Origin: the human T2T-CHM13v2.0 reference genome, Homo sapiens
NCBI RefSeq assembly: GCF_009914755.1
Contig: NC_060930.1
Length of the DNA: 64,000 nt
Strand: one strand, 5' to 3'
Shown: piece by piece, positions 51,401 to 64,000 of the stretch
How the letters are laid out: each line of letters begins with the position of its first letter
How positions within the stretch are numbered: position 1 is the first letter of the stretch
Position numbers and translations under genes: made by a program
The notes under the pieces: model-generated
Database searches by the model: none
What the model was told of the DNA's origin: nothing
The model's input: only the letters and a program-made list of their open reading frames with translations

Positions 51401-52029
51401 TCACTGAAGAATCAGACATACTGCTATAACTTTACATGTGGCTGAAAGAGGAACTGGGTTCTAACATCAATCAGCTTTATGTTAAATCAGCATGCGTGTA
51501 AAATATTCATTGTCTGGTGGGTGGCAAAAATGCCACACTACAGCCACATCTGTTAATTAACAAAGCCTTGGTGAGTACTCTGTTTTGATGTCAATTCCTG
51601 TCTAGGTTAACATTAAGGGTGAAGAATTGCTTTCATAGCTGAATCCAAATGCCTTGAACATTGCCATGTAAAGAAAGGATATTAGATATTTACCTGTATG
51701 GCTAATAATGAAAATTACTGAAAAGAATACTAGAAAGTACAGTATGTTACTATTAATAGCCAAGCATTTTTATTTTTTTCTAACTGCATTGAAAAACGGA
51801 TATGTTAAAACTCAAGAAATAGAAATTTTCGATTGTAGTAGCATACTGTATTAATTCCATATTCTCCAATAAAATGTGAAATAAGTGAATTTTATTCTAA
51901 AATAAGTGAATTTTACATATATCTAAAATAGTTCAGGAGAAAAGGCCAACGCATCCAGGTAAAGTACTCATTTCTCTTCCTATTTATATACAAGTTAGTT
52001 AGTGGAACTCTGCCCTTCATCCTATACAC

Positions 52030-52440
52030 CAAGTATGCTTCTGCCTTTAGTTCTTTGTGTTGCCTATTTTCTCTGCCTGGAATCCTCATGCTCCCAAAAG
52101 CTACAAGATAAACTTTCTCACTTTTTCCAAGTGTTTGTCCAAATCTCCATATACAATGAAGTCTACTCTGACTTGAAATTGCAACTCATACTGCTGTACT
52201 CCCTTACTGGGCATTAACTCTGCGAGATCCCCCTTACTCTGATCTGCTTTTCTTTCTTCATAGCACTTATCTCATTTGAATATACTGTAAAATTGACATA
52301 TTTATGATATGTCCATTATTTATTGTCCTCCAGTGAAATGTAAGCTCCAAGATGGCAGGGATTTTTGTTTTGTTCACTGTCAGATCCCAAGCACCCAGAA
52401 TGGTGCTTGGTGGGTACTTGGTGAATATGTATTGAATGAT
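52030..52440 (+). mobile_element. L2 3' end
   Basis: tctctgcctggaa...catagcacttatc...atgtaagctccaagatggcagggatttttg...ttgaatga. Confidence 0.75.
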
Positions 52441-52966
52441 TAGATAAAAGAATAAGCTCTGTAAGGCTAGGTGTTATTTCTCATTTACTCTTTGCTGCAA
52501 CCAAAGAAACTAACATAGTCTCTAACAGATATGAGAGGTCCACTTTTTATTATGGAGTGAGTGAATACATAACCAAATGTAGTCAGTTTGCTTTTATACA
52601 CTGGAGATGCTGAATATTCTGGGAAGTCTGGATGCTTTTAGATCAATCAGTGATCATCTCAAGAGTATAGAAAGTAGTAGGAAACAACCTTTCCATCTGC
52701 AGGTAACTGCAACTAAATCTCTGGGTTAACAGAACATGCAAATCTGCTTTGCTCTTGATTTATTCCCTATCTTGAGCCAGGCACTAAATTTGCTTTGAGT
52801 TCACAGTTTTTCAGTCTGTTATTCTTGCAAACGTTCTGAGGCATCAACTGCAACTTTAATATGTTTTAATGCTATGGCAGATTCTAAGGATCAGAAGACT
52901 ACTTTTCTGGCTTTTGGGCCAGACTCGGGTGTGACAATTTAATATAACTTATTAAACATAAATAAT

Positions 52967-53574
52967 TGTAAACTAGTTCAACCATTGTGGAAGACAGTGT
53001 GGCGATTCCTCAGGGATCTAGAACTAGAATTACCATTTGACCCAGCCATCCCATTACTGGGTATATACCCAAAGGATTATAAATCATGCTGCTATAAAGA
53101 CACATGCACACCTATGTTTATTGCAGCACTATTCACAATAGCAAAGACTTGGAACCAACCCGAATGTCCAACAATGATAGACTGGATTAAGAAAATGTGG
53201 CACATATACACCATGGAATACTATGCAGCCATAAAAAGTTATCATGTCTTTTGTAGGGACATGGATGAAGCTGGAAACCATCATTCTCAGCAAACTATCG
53301 CAAGGACAAAAAACCAAATGCCACATATTCTCACTCATAGGTGGGAACTGAACAATGAGAACACTTGGACACAGGAAAGGGAACATCACACACTAGGGCC
53401 TGTTGTGGGGTGGGGGGAGGGGGGAGGGATAGCATTAGGAGATATACCTAATGTAAATGACCAGTTAATGGGTGCAGCACACCAACACAGCAGATGTATA
53501 CATATGTAACAAACCTGCACGTTATGCATGTGTACCCTAGAACTTAAAGTATAATAAAAAAATAAAAAATAAAT
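52967..53574 (+). mobile_element. 5'-truncated L1PA (approx. L1PA4/5-like) 3' end
   Basis: ORF 52985..53509 begins with the L1 ORF2 C-terminus (WKTVWRFLRDLELELPFDPAIPLLGIYPKDYKSCCYKDTC) then frameshifts; G-rich 3'UTR; A-rich tail. Confidence 0.96.
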
Positions 53575-55289
53575 ATACTTTTATACTTTTAAGAAAAATA
53601 CCACAATGCCTTGGTTGTGTTTAGTGGATGTAAGAAAAGAGTGAATTCATTTCTGGAAATATCAAGATTGCAAACCTGTATTTCTTTGCAAGGGGATAAA
53701 AGCTTTTGCCCTGAGTAATCTTGAAGCATCCCTTAGATTTGTGTGATGCTCATGCTGCTGATGAACAAGTCACAGCAGGGGCATAAGAAGCGGTCACTGA
53801 AGGAGCAGCTGTTGAAGGATGGGGTACTCTAGTAACTTTTCATTTGGGGATAAGGAAGGAGTTCTTGTATCTTTTCTAGCTAGATAGAACACAAACACGT
53901 CACAGGTCACATTTATAAATAAAATTAAGAACATGTTGTTTCTTGTGAGCTCTTTCTAATCTGTCATGTTGTTTTCACTGAACTCTAGTTGTGTAACATC
54001 AATTTGAAGTAAAGCTAAAGAGGAAATGGATTATTTTGATGCCTGTGCTCCATCTCTCACCATCATCCCATGCTTGAATGGTTTGCATTTTATTGCAATG
54101 CCACCTTTCTAGAAAAGCTCAGGTCAACCTTGAGCTTAGCTAGCTCCATGATGAGGAAGTACAGAGGCCAATGAAAGTCAGTCCCCCCATTAGACCATGA
54201 TTCTTAGCACTTCTGTTATAACTACCAGCACTTCTCTCCCTCCACCAGCTACCTCTCATAAGACACATATCTATTGAGTTCATTTTTTTTCTTCCATTGG
54301 CAAGTTAAGCTTTTTTTTTTAACAAAATAAACTTTATTTAAAAGTATTTTTTACAGACATTACAGCTTTTAAAGAAAAAGCTCTTTAGTTAACTGTGTAT
54401 GGAAATGAAAAATATTAATAACATTAGTATAACAGACCTCTAAATATTAATACATTGGCAAAATAAAATGGACTTAAAATGCAAATGAATCTTAATGCTC
54501 TGCTATTCTCTGTAAGAATATTTACTTTCTGTTTTTCTTATTCTTTACAGGTGAGAATGACAATACAACTTTGTGTATTGTCTGGACCCCAATTTATAAT
54601 GGATCCTTCTGGTAAGATCTGTTCAGAACATTTTCAACTGCTTGATACCCTACTTTTAATCAATTAGTATCTTGAGCATCAGTTTTCCTCTTCTTCAGTC
54701 CCTAAATTCACTGAATTTTCTGAGATCACACATTCAATTCTCATTGACATTCTGTACCATTAGCCAAGGTCTTCAGAAAATTTAGATGAGGGCAAAAACA
54801 TCACATATAAATGAACAGTGTTTTAGGTCTCTGATCTTTATATATCACTGAAAACTAGGTGATGGATTTGCAATCCCCATGGCATTTATCTGTCAGTTCT
54901 TAATAGAATCACTACATTGCTTCCATATGCTCAGTTATTACACTTCCTCTGTTTCATTTTGGCCCATCTCCATGCTCTGTGACTATCTAGTGACTTTCCA
55001 GTGGAATGTTGGGAGCCTCACTGAAACTTGGCATGTTGTGAATTAAGTCCCTCTTTGTTTGGGATTGTACCAGCTCTACTAATAAAAATCATTCTGCTAA
55101 ATGAATACATATCTCCAATTATTCTCTTTTTATTTTTTTGTCTTCATAACATAAAAACATTAGTTCAGTCAATTTGCTCATTTCAACCAAATGGGATAAT
55201 CAGTTTTTCTATTTTTAAGTTGCCCACTGCCTGGATATCATCATAGGCATCAAGTACACATGTGGTTCTCAAAGCCTCTTCCTCCTTTT

Positions 55290-56265
<976 letters not shown>

Positions 56266-56275
56266 TTGCAGCATG

Positions 56276-56589
56276 GGCCAGGTGTAATGGCTCATGCCTG
56301 TAATTCCAGCACTTTGAGAGGCCTAGGTGGGCAGATAGCTTGAGCTCAGGAGTTTGAGACCAGCCTGGGCAACATGGTGAAACGCTGCCTCTACAAAAAA
56401 TACCATCAAATTAGCTGGGCGTAGAGCTGTGCGCCTATAGGCCCAGCTACTGGAGAAGCTGAGGTGGGAGGATCAGCTTGGGCCTGGGAGGTGGAGGCTG
56501 CAGTGAGCCGTGATTGCACCACTGAACTCCAACCTGGGTGATAGAGACAGACCCTGTCTCAAAATAATAAATAAATAAATAAATAAAAA
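56276..56589 (+). mobile_element. AluJ SINE with (AAAT)n tail
   Basis: Dimeric Alu, gaggtgggaggatc J-type right arm; aaaa(c)tcattg on both flanks. Confidence 0.95.
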
Positions 56590-59409
56590 TCATTGATGTA
56601 TAAAAGCAGAAATTGCAATCTCATGTTAAAATTTAGGTAATTTGTATTGAAACCATTTGCAAACAACAAAACAACACATAAATGTTGGTTATGGTTATTA
56701 TTTATCCAGACCTAGATATTAGGGCCTAAGTATTTTTTTTTAAATATCATTAAGGGGAACTTTTTCAAATAAAACTTTTTATTAATAAAATAAATTATAA
56801 ATTTTCATAAGAAATCATGAATCATGAAATAGTCTTGGTGGAACCACTGAAATAGAAATGAGATGGCCACTGACCAGATAGCAAGTTAATCTGTAAATGG
56901 CTCAGGCATTAACTAGCTGAGTGATCCTGGGCAAGTGGTCTAACCTGTGTCCTAATATGGAAAAAATATATAAGTAGTCATCTAGGGTGGTTGCTGTCAG
57001 GATATAAAAATACTTCCTGAGCTAGAAAGCATTTTTTCTCTAAATTTAAATGATTTTGCATGATGTCACTTCCTGATGTCTTCTAGGAAGTTACATCACT
57101 ACCCACCGCCTGCCTTTCTTGCTAGAGAATGCAGAGGAGTTCCTAGCAATCCTTGTGGGATCTTTAGTAATACTTCAGTAGCTGGCTATACTGAACAGAG
57201 CAACTTTATTTCATGGTCCTTCATGTGACCACTCCATATGGTTGATTCTGTAGACACCATGATCGGTACTTTTGTCTATTTCTGGGCAAGGTTACTACTA
57301 TAGGTTAGAATTTTTCTTTCATTAACTGATTTTTGCATTTCTATTTTTTTCACAGTTTAAAAATGATAAACCAATCCAACATTATTCTTCTTATCACTTT
57401 ACCATTTTTGTTCAATTTGTTTTCTAGGTTTGAAAAGGCTGTTGTTTCTAGGGTTCTTATAAAATATGTTTATTTATTTGGGTTTTCAAATATTCTTCAT
57501 TTGGTCTGACTTTTAATAAATAGACACTTGAAAGTCAGGATGCTCTATACTTTGTTCTATAGTATTCCAAATTAATGTGTTTTTTTCTCTTTTTTTGAAA
57601 TTTGTAATAAACAAAATACAATTATTTATTTATTCTTCATTAAGTTATAAAAATTGGAGGAGATAAATCAACTTTACATATGTTTAAGTTTACAGATTTT
57701 CAAACTTGGAATTGCCTAAATGCCCAGACTTCCTTTTATTTTTAACATTTAACTAATTCTATCAATTCAACTTCTTGAATAGAAATTTCCAGTAAGAGGC
57801 TCCCAAAGACTTAATCATAATTAACCTCAGAGGGACCAGTTTGCCCACTCTTTAGGAATAGAAACTTTGTAATGCCCTTTTCTATCACTCTTCTACAAAA
57901 AGGAGGCCTTTCACATTTCAAATATTGGTTTTTGCTGCTTCTACACATGGCAAATTAATTTGGCTTTTATAATGAGGTGGAATGTTTCAAAGCTAAATTA
58001 ACACCTTTGGCTTTACTTTGTGAGAAGACCTACTCATTACTCTCTAGTAACTTAATGGCTCTTCTATGAACCAAAATAGTTTAATGTAATCTGACATTTA
58101 TGACTTCCACATAATATCAACTGCTGAAGTTTGAAAAAAGGTTTCTATTCAGAAAAAAACTCAAACTAATAAGCATGCACCCATTATTAAAATCGGGTCA
58201 GAGATCCTTTTCACTTTCATTACATATAATTTATGCCACTTGAATGTAGTTTAATAAGGTCGTAAAAATGCCAGTTGTGGTATCTCATAATACTTTTTAT
58301 AAACTGGTTTTACAGTCTCTGCTTTGTTCTAAAGTTCAAAGTGACAATTGCAACGCACAGGTTGCTTAGGGATTCTTGAAGTTTCTTACGGAAAAGTTGA
58401 ATGGCAAATATGTAAATTATACATCCATGTATATGATACATAGCATTCATGAAAATGTATATAGTATCTGCTTATAGGCCAAAAATGTGCTATTTACTTA
58501 TGAAACTTTTTTAAAAATGTAAAACTGTTTTTCAAAATCTTGGTAACCACTAAAAGACATTCCTTTTTTCCAGGTGCATTCAAGTTGATGCTTTTTAATT
58601 AAAGAAAAAAAAAGAATTTAAGTAAAGGCTAGTTTTACACTATTCCTCTGGCCCTACCCTCTTGTTGAGATGAAATTAAAACTTCCCAACACTTACTCCT
58701 CACTTGGTCAACGTCAAACAATACTCTGAGGTGCTCTTACAATAGAGGCATTGTCAGCTTTCCATGACTTCATTCACTCTCTGACCACTGCGTTCCTTCC
58801 TGGCTGAAGTAAATAGGGCTTTGCGAGCACTTCCCTTAAGTCATTTCAGAGGAGATAGATTAAATAATGGTTGCAATGTAATATTGTGATAGTGCTAAAA
58901 TATTTCCTTCAAGTTTCAACTTTGAGCACAAGTTTCCAATAGTATATAATTTTTCATTTGTTAGCTCAAACCTTTGGTTTTATTAAATTCTACAGCTGTA
59001 CTCACTATATATGCATTTGGTGACCAACCTTGATATATTATAATAGTGCAGAGCTAAGACTTTTATATAAGAATAGAAAAAGTTTCAAAAATCACTACTG
59101 AATCAAATATGGATATTTAATACAATTTGCTTAAACACCAATTGAGCAAAAGCATGAGCAAGTGTTTCAGTTTTTGTGCCAACATTAAAATTGGTATTCC
59201 CACAGCTTGCTTCATTTTTCTGAAATCTTTCATAGGTTTATTTTTATTATCAGTTAAGAGAATTATTTATAAAGACCACTATAAAATGTTATTACTTAGT
59301 GTTCAACCACTTTATAGAGGTTTCAGTTAAATTGATAATTGGTGACTATGGACATATTCCTTAGAAATGTTTTTCTCATTCTGCTCATTACATTGCTTTC
59401 CTCAGGGAG

Positions 59410-59620
59410 AAAAACAAAAGGGTTTCAGTCAGAGGAGCTGGGTTCAGGTCTTGCACTTACTAGTTATGTGATCTTGGACATGCTATTAAGCTCTGGGTTT
59501 TTACCTCCCCATCTGTGAACTGGGAATAATGACAGCATTCTGTAAAATCAAAATCAAAACAAGATATAATGAAAACTAGAACACATTATAAAAAATAATA
59601 CATAACCGTTATCATTATTA
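59410..59620 (+). mobile_element. MIR SINE
   Basis: gctgggttcagg...cacttactagttatgtgatcttgg...cccatctgtgaactgggaataat. Confidence 0.6.
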
Positions 59621-59633
59621 TTAGAGGAAAATT

Positions 59634-59698
59634 TGAGGTTAGTGCAATAAAACTTTTAATGGCAAAAACCGCGATTACTTTTGTACCAACCTACCTAA
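59634..59698. mobile_element. MADE1 (Hsmar1-derived MITE), left arm partly deleted
   Basis: aggttagtgcaa...ttttaatggcaaaaaccgcgattacttttgtaccaaccta matches the MADE1 TIR; TA follows at 59699-59700. Confidence 0.85.
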
Positions 59699-61337
59699 TA
59701 CATAATGACATATGAAGCAGTGAGTGTGACTCACTCCTGTTTTCTGCAGGATTCAATAAAGATTCTGCCTTCTCAAGTCAGACAGTGTTGCTTATTGAAT
59801 ATATCAATGCTAGCATCCAGGAAGGGCTCACTCTGGCACACATGGGGCCTAGGAGCAAAGGTGATTGGAGGGAATTATCATGAAATTACCAGGATTTGGG
59901 GCCAACAGGACAGGAAGCTTGACTTTGGGAGGAAGAGCTAGCAACCAGGGAACACTGGTTCCAGGGCAGGATCAGGACTACAAACAGCACATTATGACTG
60001 TGTGGATTTAGGACAAGAACCAATATTTTCATTGGTCCAGGTATGCTAAATACAATCGTCTCCTCCACCCTCAGTCGTATGCCCTTGAGTATGGATTTAA
60101 GACACAGTCCTGATTTCCTGGCAGTACTGGTCTTGAATTTGTGCAGAAACATACTCTCCTTAACTTCATATAAATTTTTGGTTGGAAAAGACCTTTAGGT
60201 TTACAGCAGTCAGCTAGTATCCCTGTAAGGAGTGCAGAAAGAAACCTAGTAAATTTTCATGGGAAAACACACTTTGAGTTATTAGATGAAACCAATACCT
60301 ATAGTTATGTGAAATATATAATGTCTGTTAAATACAAACCATTTGTGCTTACAAATGCTCTAGTTGAATGGTAGTTTCACTTGATCCTTCAGAAACAATT
60401 TTAGATCATTTCAGATACGGCTTTTTCTTGAAGCCATCATGGTACTCAATGTTTTACTTTTTATTCCCATTCTCCCCTTCAGAGGGGCCAGGTTCAGAAG
60501 TTATAACCAGAGGCGGAAGGCCTATTATCAAGACCTAACTGCAGCAATGTTGTCAGAGGCTCCATGTTACTATGTACCTTTCCGAAAAACTGAAGCACTC
60601 ACAACACCCAGAGAGAAAAAGTCATTAGGTGTGTATGGTGAAGGTTGAATAAGAGGAATTACTGTAGATTGTAATAAATCTAAATTTATGGTCCAGCCAT
60701 ATCGTTGCAAACTTACTTTGTTTCATAAGAACTTAACAAGAAGGAAGCAACCTTGTATGATTAGTGACCAGTGAAATAACCTTAGGCTGCTTTCCATTAG
60801 ACCTTGATGCCTGTTGCAACTTCTTCTTAGGTGAGGAATTGCTGAAGACTTAGTTATTTGGCATGAAAACTGTTTGAAAATCCTTGTCAGCAATTTCCCA
60901 GCCATGTTCAAAGAACTTGGCACTTGGTCTTCTGGGTTACATGTTTAGGTTGCGCCTTCAGTCATTCTGAGGTTCTTATGTGAAAAATGCATTAAAAACG
61001 TAGGCTACACATCAAATGCTAAAATCCCCAGCATCCTCAAGGTCCAAATTTCACAATGCTAAAGACAAAAGTTTTGAGGAAGAACCACAAGACCCATCCC
61101 AGAAATCAGAAAATTGGAAAAAGCATGTTCTTCCCTGTATACCATCTACATTTTCCTCTACCCGACTCTGTTTGAGAGCCTCCTTTGAACCTAAGCTTAA
61201 AGAGGAAGAGTAAAGAAAGGAGCCTGAACAAAAATTTGAACTGAGAGAATCTAAAAGACTGAGAAGTGAGACTGGAAATAAGAGATACTTGCAGGAAACC
61301 TTATTACCATGATTTTAATTCATTTACGGTTTTGACG

Positions 61338-61566
61338 GCAGTATAGCATAATGTAAGCAGCTCTGGATTTAGAGATAGGAACACATGAGTCAAATCTGAG
61401 CTTTGACTCTTGCTAGAAGGTACTCAGGCATGACAATTGACCTCACTGAGCCTTAATTTCTTTATCTGTAAAATGGAGGAATAGCCCATGAATTGCTAGG
61501 AAATCATGTACATAAGGCACTCAGTAGAGCAGTTGGTTCAGAGTAGATTTTCAATAATTTGTAACT
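61338..61566 (+). mobile_element. MIR SINE
   Basis: gcagtatagcataatg...cctcactgagccttaatttctttatctgtaaaatgg. Confidence 0.7.
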
Positions 61567-62493
61567 ACCTTGTCTGCAGGAGCTGAATTATTCCATGCTC
61601 TTTATATGGTGTAGGGAAGAGGTTCAGGAAGAATCCGCTTCCTCCCCACACAAAATTATCTTTTTTTAATCACCCAAATCCCATTGAGTTAATTGTGAAA
61701 GTATTTACTCCTTGTATCTTTCAAAATCTATCCTAACTTCTCAGATGGTTTTAAAATCCCAAGCACTGATAGAAGTTCTCACACTCAAACATTTTCCTTC
61801 ATTGTTACAGACTTGGCTAAGTCTTGTAATAGTCTGAAAAAAAAAAAGAAAAAAATTGCTAAAACCCAGTCATGAGAAAATGACATAGACAACTAATCTA
61901 ATCTGTTTTTCTTCCTTACAGGAGATATTGACACAATGTCCACTCTTTATTGCATAAGATAACTCTCTGTCTTTAAAAGATTTCCAATTGTTTGAAGTCA
62001 AACTAAAAGTAGGCAGGGGAAAAAAAGGCATTATCTAAAATATCTGAGCTTGAATTTGGAAAGCAATCCTGAGTAATATTTATACAATGTTTTAGAATAA
62101 CAGACTCATAGAATTTTCCAGTTGACTAACCTTTAAAGATAAGAGAATATTTATATATTTGTTGGTGCTATGGCTTACTGTAAAAAAAAATCCACTTAAT
62201 TCAGAAGGTTTATAAAACAATGCTTTACTTATTGCCCACCATAGCAAAGAAAGGTTTCATGCTCTTAACAAATGGGTTGGCATTGAGAGGACTTCAGTGA
62301 CAATCTCATAATGGCTGAGCATCTCTTGTCAAGTCAAAGGATATATAGCAAGTTTTCTCTTTATTGAGTCATGATAGATAATCCATTTTCAAGTAGAATT
62401 TGGTTGCATATTCTTTATTAAATAACTAAAATATCCAAGCCTAGTGGAAGAGGAATTAACTGGAGTTTTATAAGCTTAAGGTCTAATAGTAGA

Positions 62494-63010
62494 TGTAGTA
62501 GATGATCTACAAAGAAGGCCACCAACTTTGTGTCTCTTATGCTTGTTCGTACATGACACTCCTCCATTCAAGAGATGGAGACTCTCCTCTTTCCCCTTGC
62601 ATCTGGGCTGGCCTTGATCAATACAATGCAGCAAAAGTGACTCTGTGCTACTTCTGGACCTAAAGAGGCCAGATGGCTTATCCTTTTTCTCACTTGAATG
62701 CCTGACATCTTGTAAGAAGTTTGAACTTCTTAATGAATAATGAGAAACAATTTAGAGAGAGAGGCCAAATGGAGAAATAATGAAGCACTCCACCTGATAA
62801 TCAGCACCAAAGTCCTGGACATATTAGTGAGGCAGATTGGCTGTTCCAGCCCAGATGAGTTTCCAAATGTATGCAGCTGCATAAGCAGCCTCAGTCAACA
62901 CCATATGGAGCAGAAGAATCACCCATCTCAGCCCAGCTAACCCACAGAGCGGGAATTTTTGTTTGTTTTAAGCGCAAAGTTCATGTGCTTCATTATAGAT
63001 CAAATGAACA
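62494..63010 (+). mobile_element. MLT1 (H-like) solo LTR
   Basis: tgtagtag start; cccttgcatctgggctggccttg; atggagcagaagaatcaccca..cagcccagctaacccacaga; ends ...aaca. Confidence 0.75.
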
Positions 63011-64000
63011 GTGAATATAACCTTACTGACAGTGTCAGAAAATGGAGGGTAGCAATTCTTAAAGTTGAGCTTTGTAAATTGCGTAGTCTTAAATGCAGCA
63101 ATCCTAGCAATATCAAGTATCAATAATTCAGGTTATTTTCCAAAGAAAGAATTATTTGATTGAGTGATGACTACCTTCTTCTTGATATGACTTGAAGTGT
63201 TAGTCACATCTCTTAACTTTTGCTGCAACAATTTCTCAGGCCTGAAATTGCCAGCCAGCAGCTCCTTCAACAGCAGATCTGGTTTTCCTCAGTTAAGTTT
63301 AAAAAATGCATAGACAGCAAACACATACAACTGTTGTACATCCTAACATTGTTGTGCAAATAATTAATCCGAAGAGATGATGTCTTCCAGCAGATTTGTC
63401 GGAGGAGTTTGGCAAAGATTTTAAGTCACCCAGAGAAGTAGGGCTTTCATGGTAAATAACACTAGGCACCCTATCATGCACACAGTACCCAGAATGTTTT
63501 CTATATTAGAGAACAATTCAGGACATAGTATTGAGTCAGGTGAGAGGTAGTGGAAGCCTGAACAGGGGTCATGATAGTGAAGGCAAAAAAGGAAGGATAA
63601 TGACACAGAATGTGACAACCCTTAATATATATAGGGTGGGTGAGAGATTTAAAGGGATGAACAAGAAGGGATTTTAATATCTACATATAAAATGGATGTG
63701 GTATAACATGTTGCTTTCTTTCTTGTGGTGGTACTAGCAGGGCTTTAGCAAACCATCTTTTATGGATATGAAAATTCCTTTGACTTAATACTGCCCTGAA
63801 CTCCTACGGTCTACAACCACAGGTTCTCTCAAATGTAATTTTTAAAGTGTTTGCATTGGACTACTGGGCATATATAGCAATTTTGGTGAGAAGAAATATA
63901 AATTTGGATTTTAAATTGACCCCATGAAACCAAAAACAAAACAAAACAAAAATCCAAGAGGGAGTACAAACAATCAGGATGATGGCTTATACTGCAATTA

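Noticed and set aside
51879-51915. Direct repeat aaataagtgaatttta x2 (period 21)
   Set aside because: An ordinary small tandem duplication in AT-rich DNA
59634-59698. miR-548-family precursor
   Set aside because: The left arm deletion leaves only ~12 bp of imperfect stem

Overview
AT-rich, CpG-poor primate (most likely human) genomic DNA, either intergenic or deep intronic. It is dominated by interspersed repeats: 8 Alus, two 5'-truncated L1PA 3' ends, old L1M/L1ME, L2, L3, many MIRs, MLT1 LTRs, MER5A and a MADE1 MITE. The only gene-derived sequence I recognise is a full-length processed pseudogene of SMARCE1 (BAF57) on the minus strand (about 30806-32209). It keeps a 5'UTR, a very short 3'UTR, an A-tail remnant and a target-site duplication, and it sits inside a MIR that itself sits inside an L1ME. 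Its first 174 codons, including the whole HMG box, remain open; every frameshift and stop lies downstream. I found no convincing host-gene coding exon, RNA gene, CRISPR array or multi-gene system. The best leads are: the intact N-terminal BAF57 ORF; a CpG-rich promoter-like patch with a consensus donor at 23.6-23.95 kb plus several candidate non-coding exons; and a structured, CTCF-motif-bearing ~155 bp insert in an L1ME at 29.73-29.89 kb. Repeat names and comparisons to SMARCE1 come from recalled consensus sequences and need RepeatMasker/BLAT confirmation. Boundaries of old repeats are approximate.
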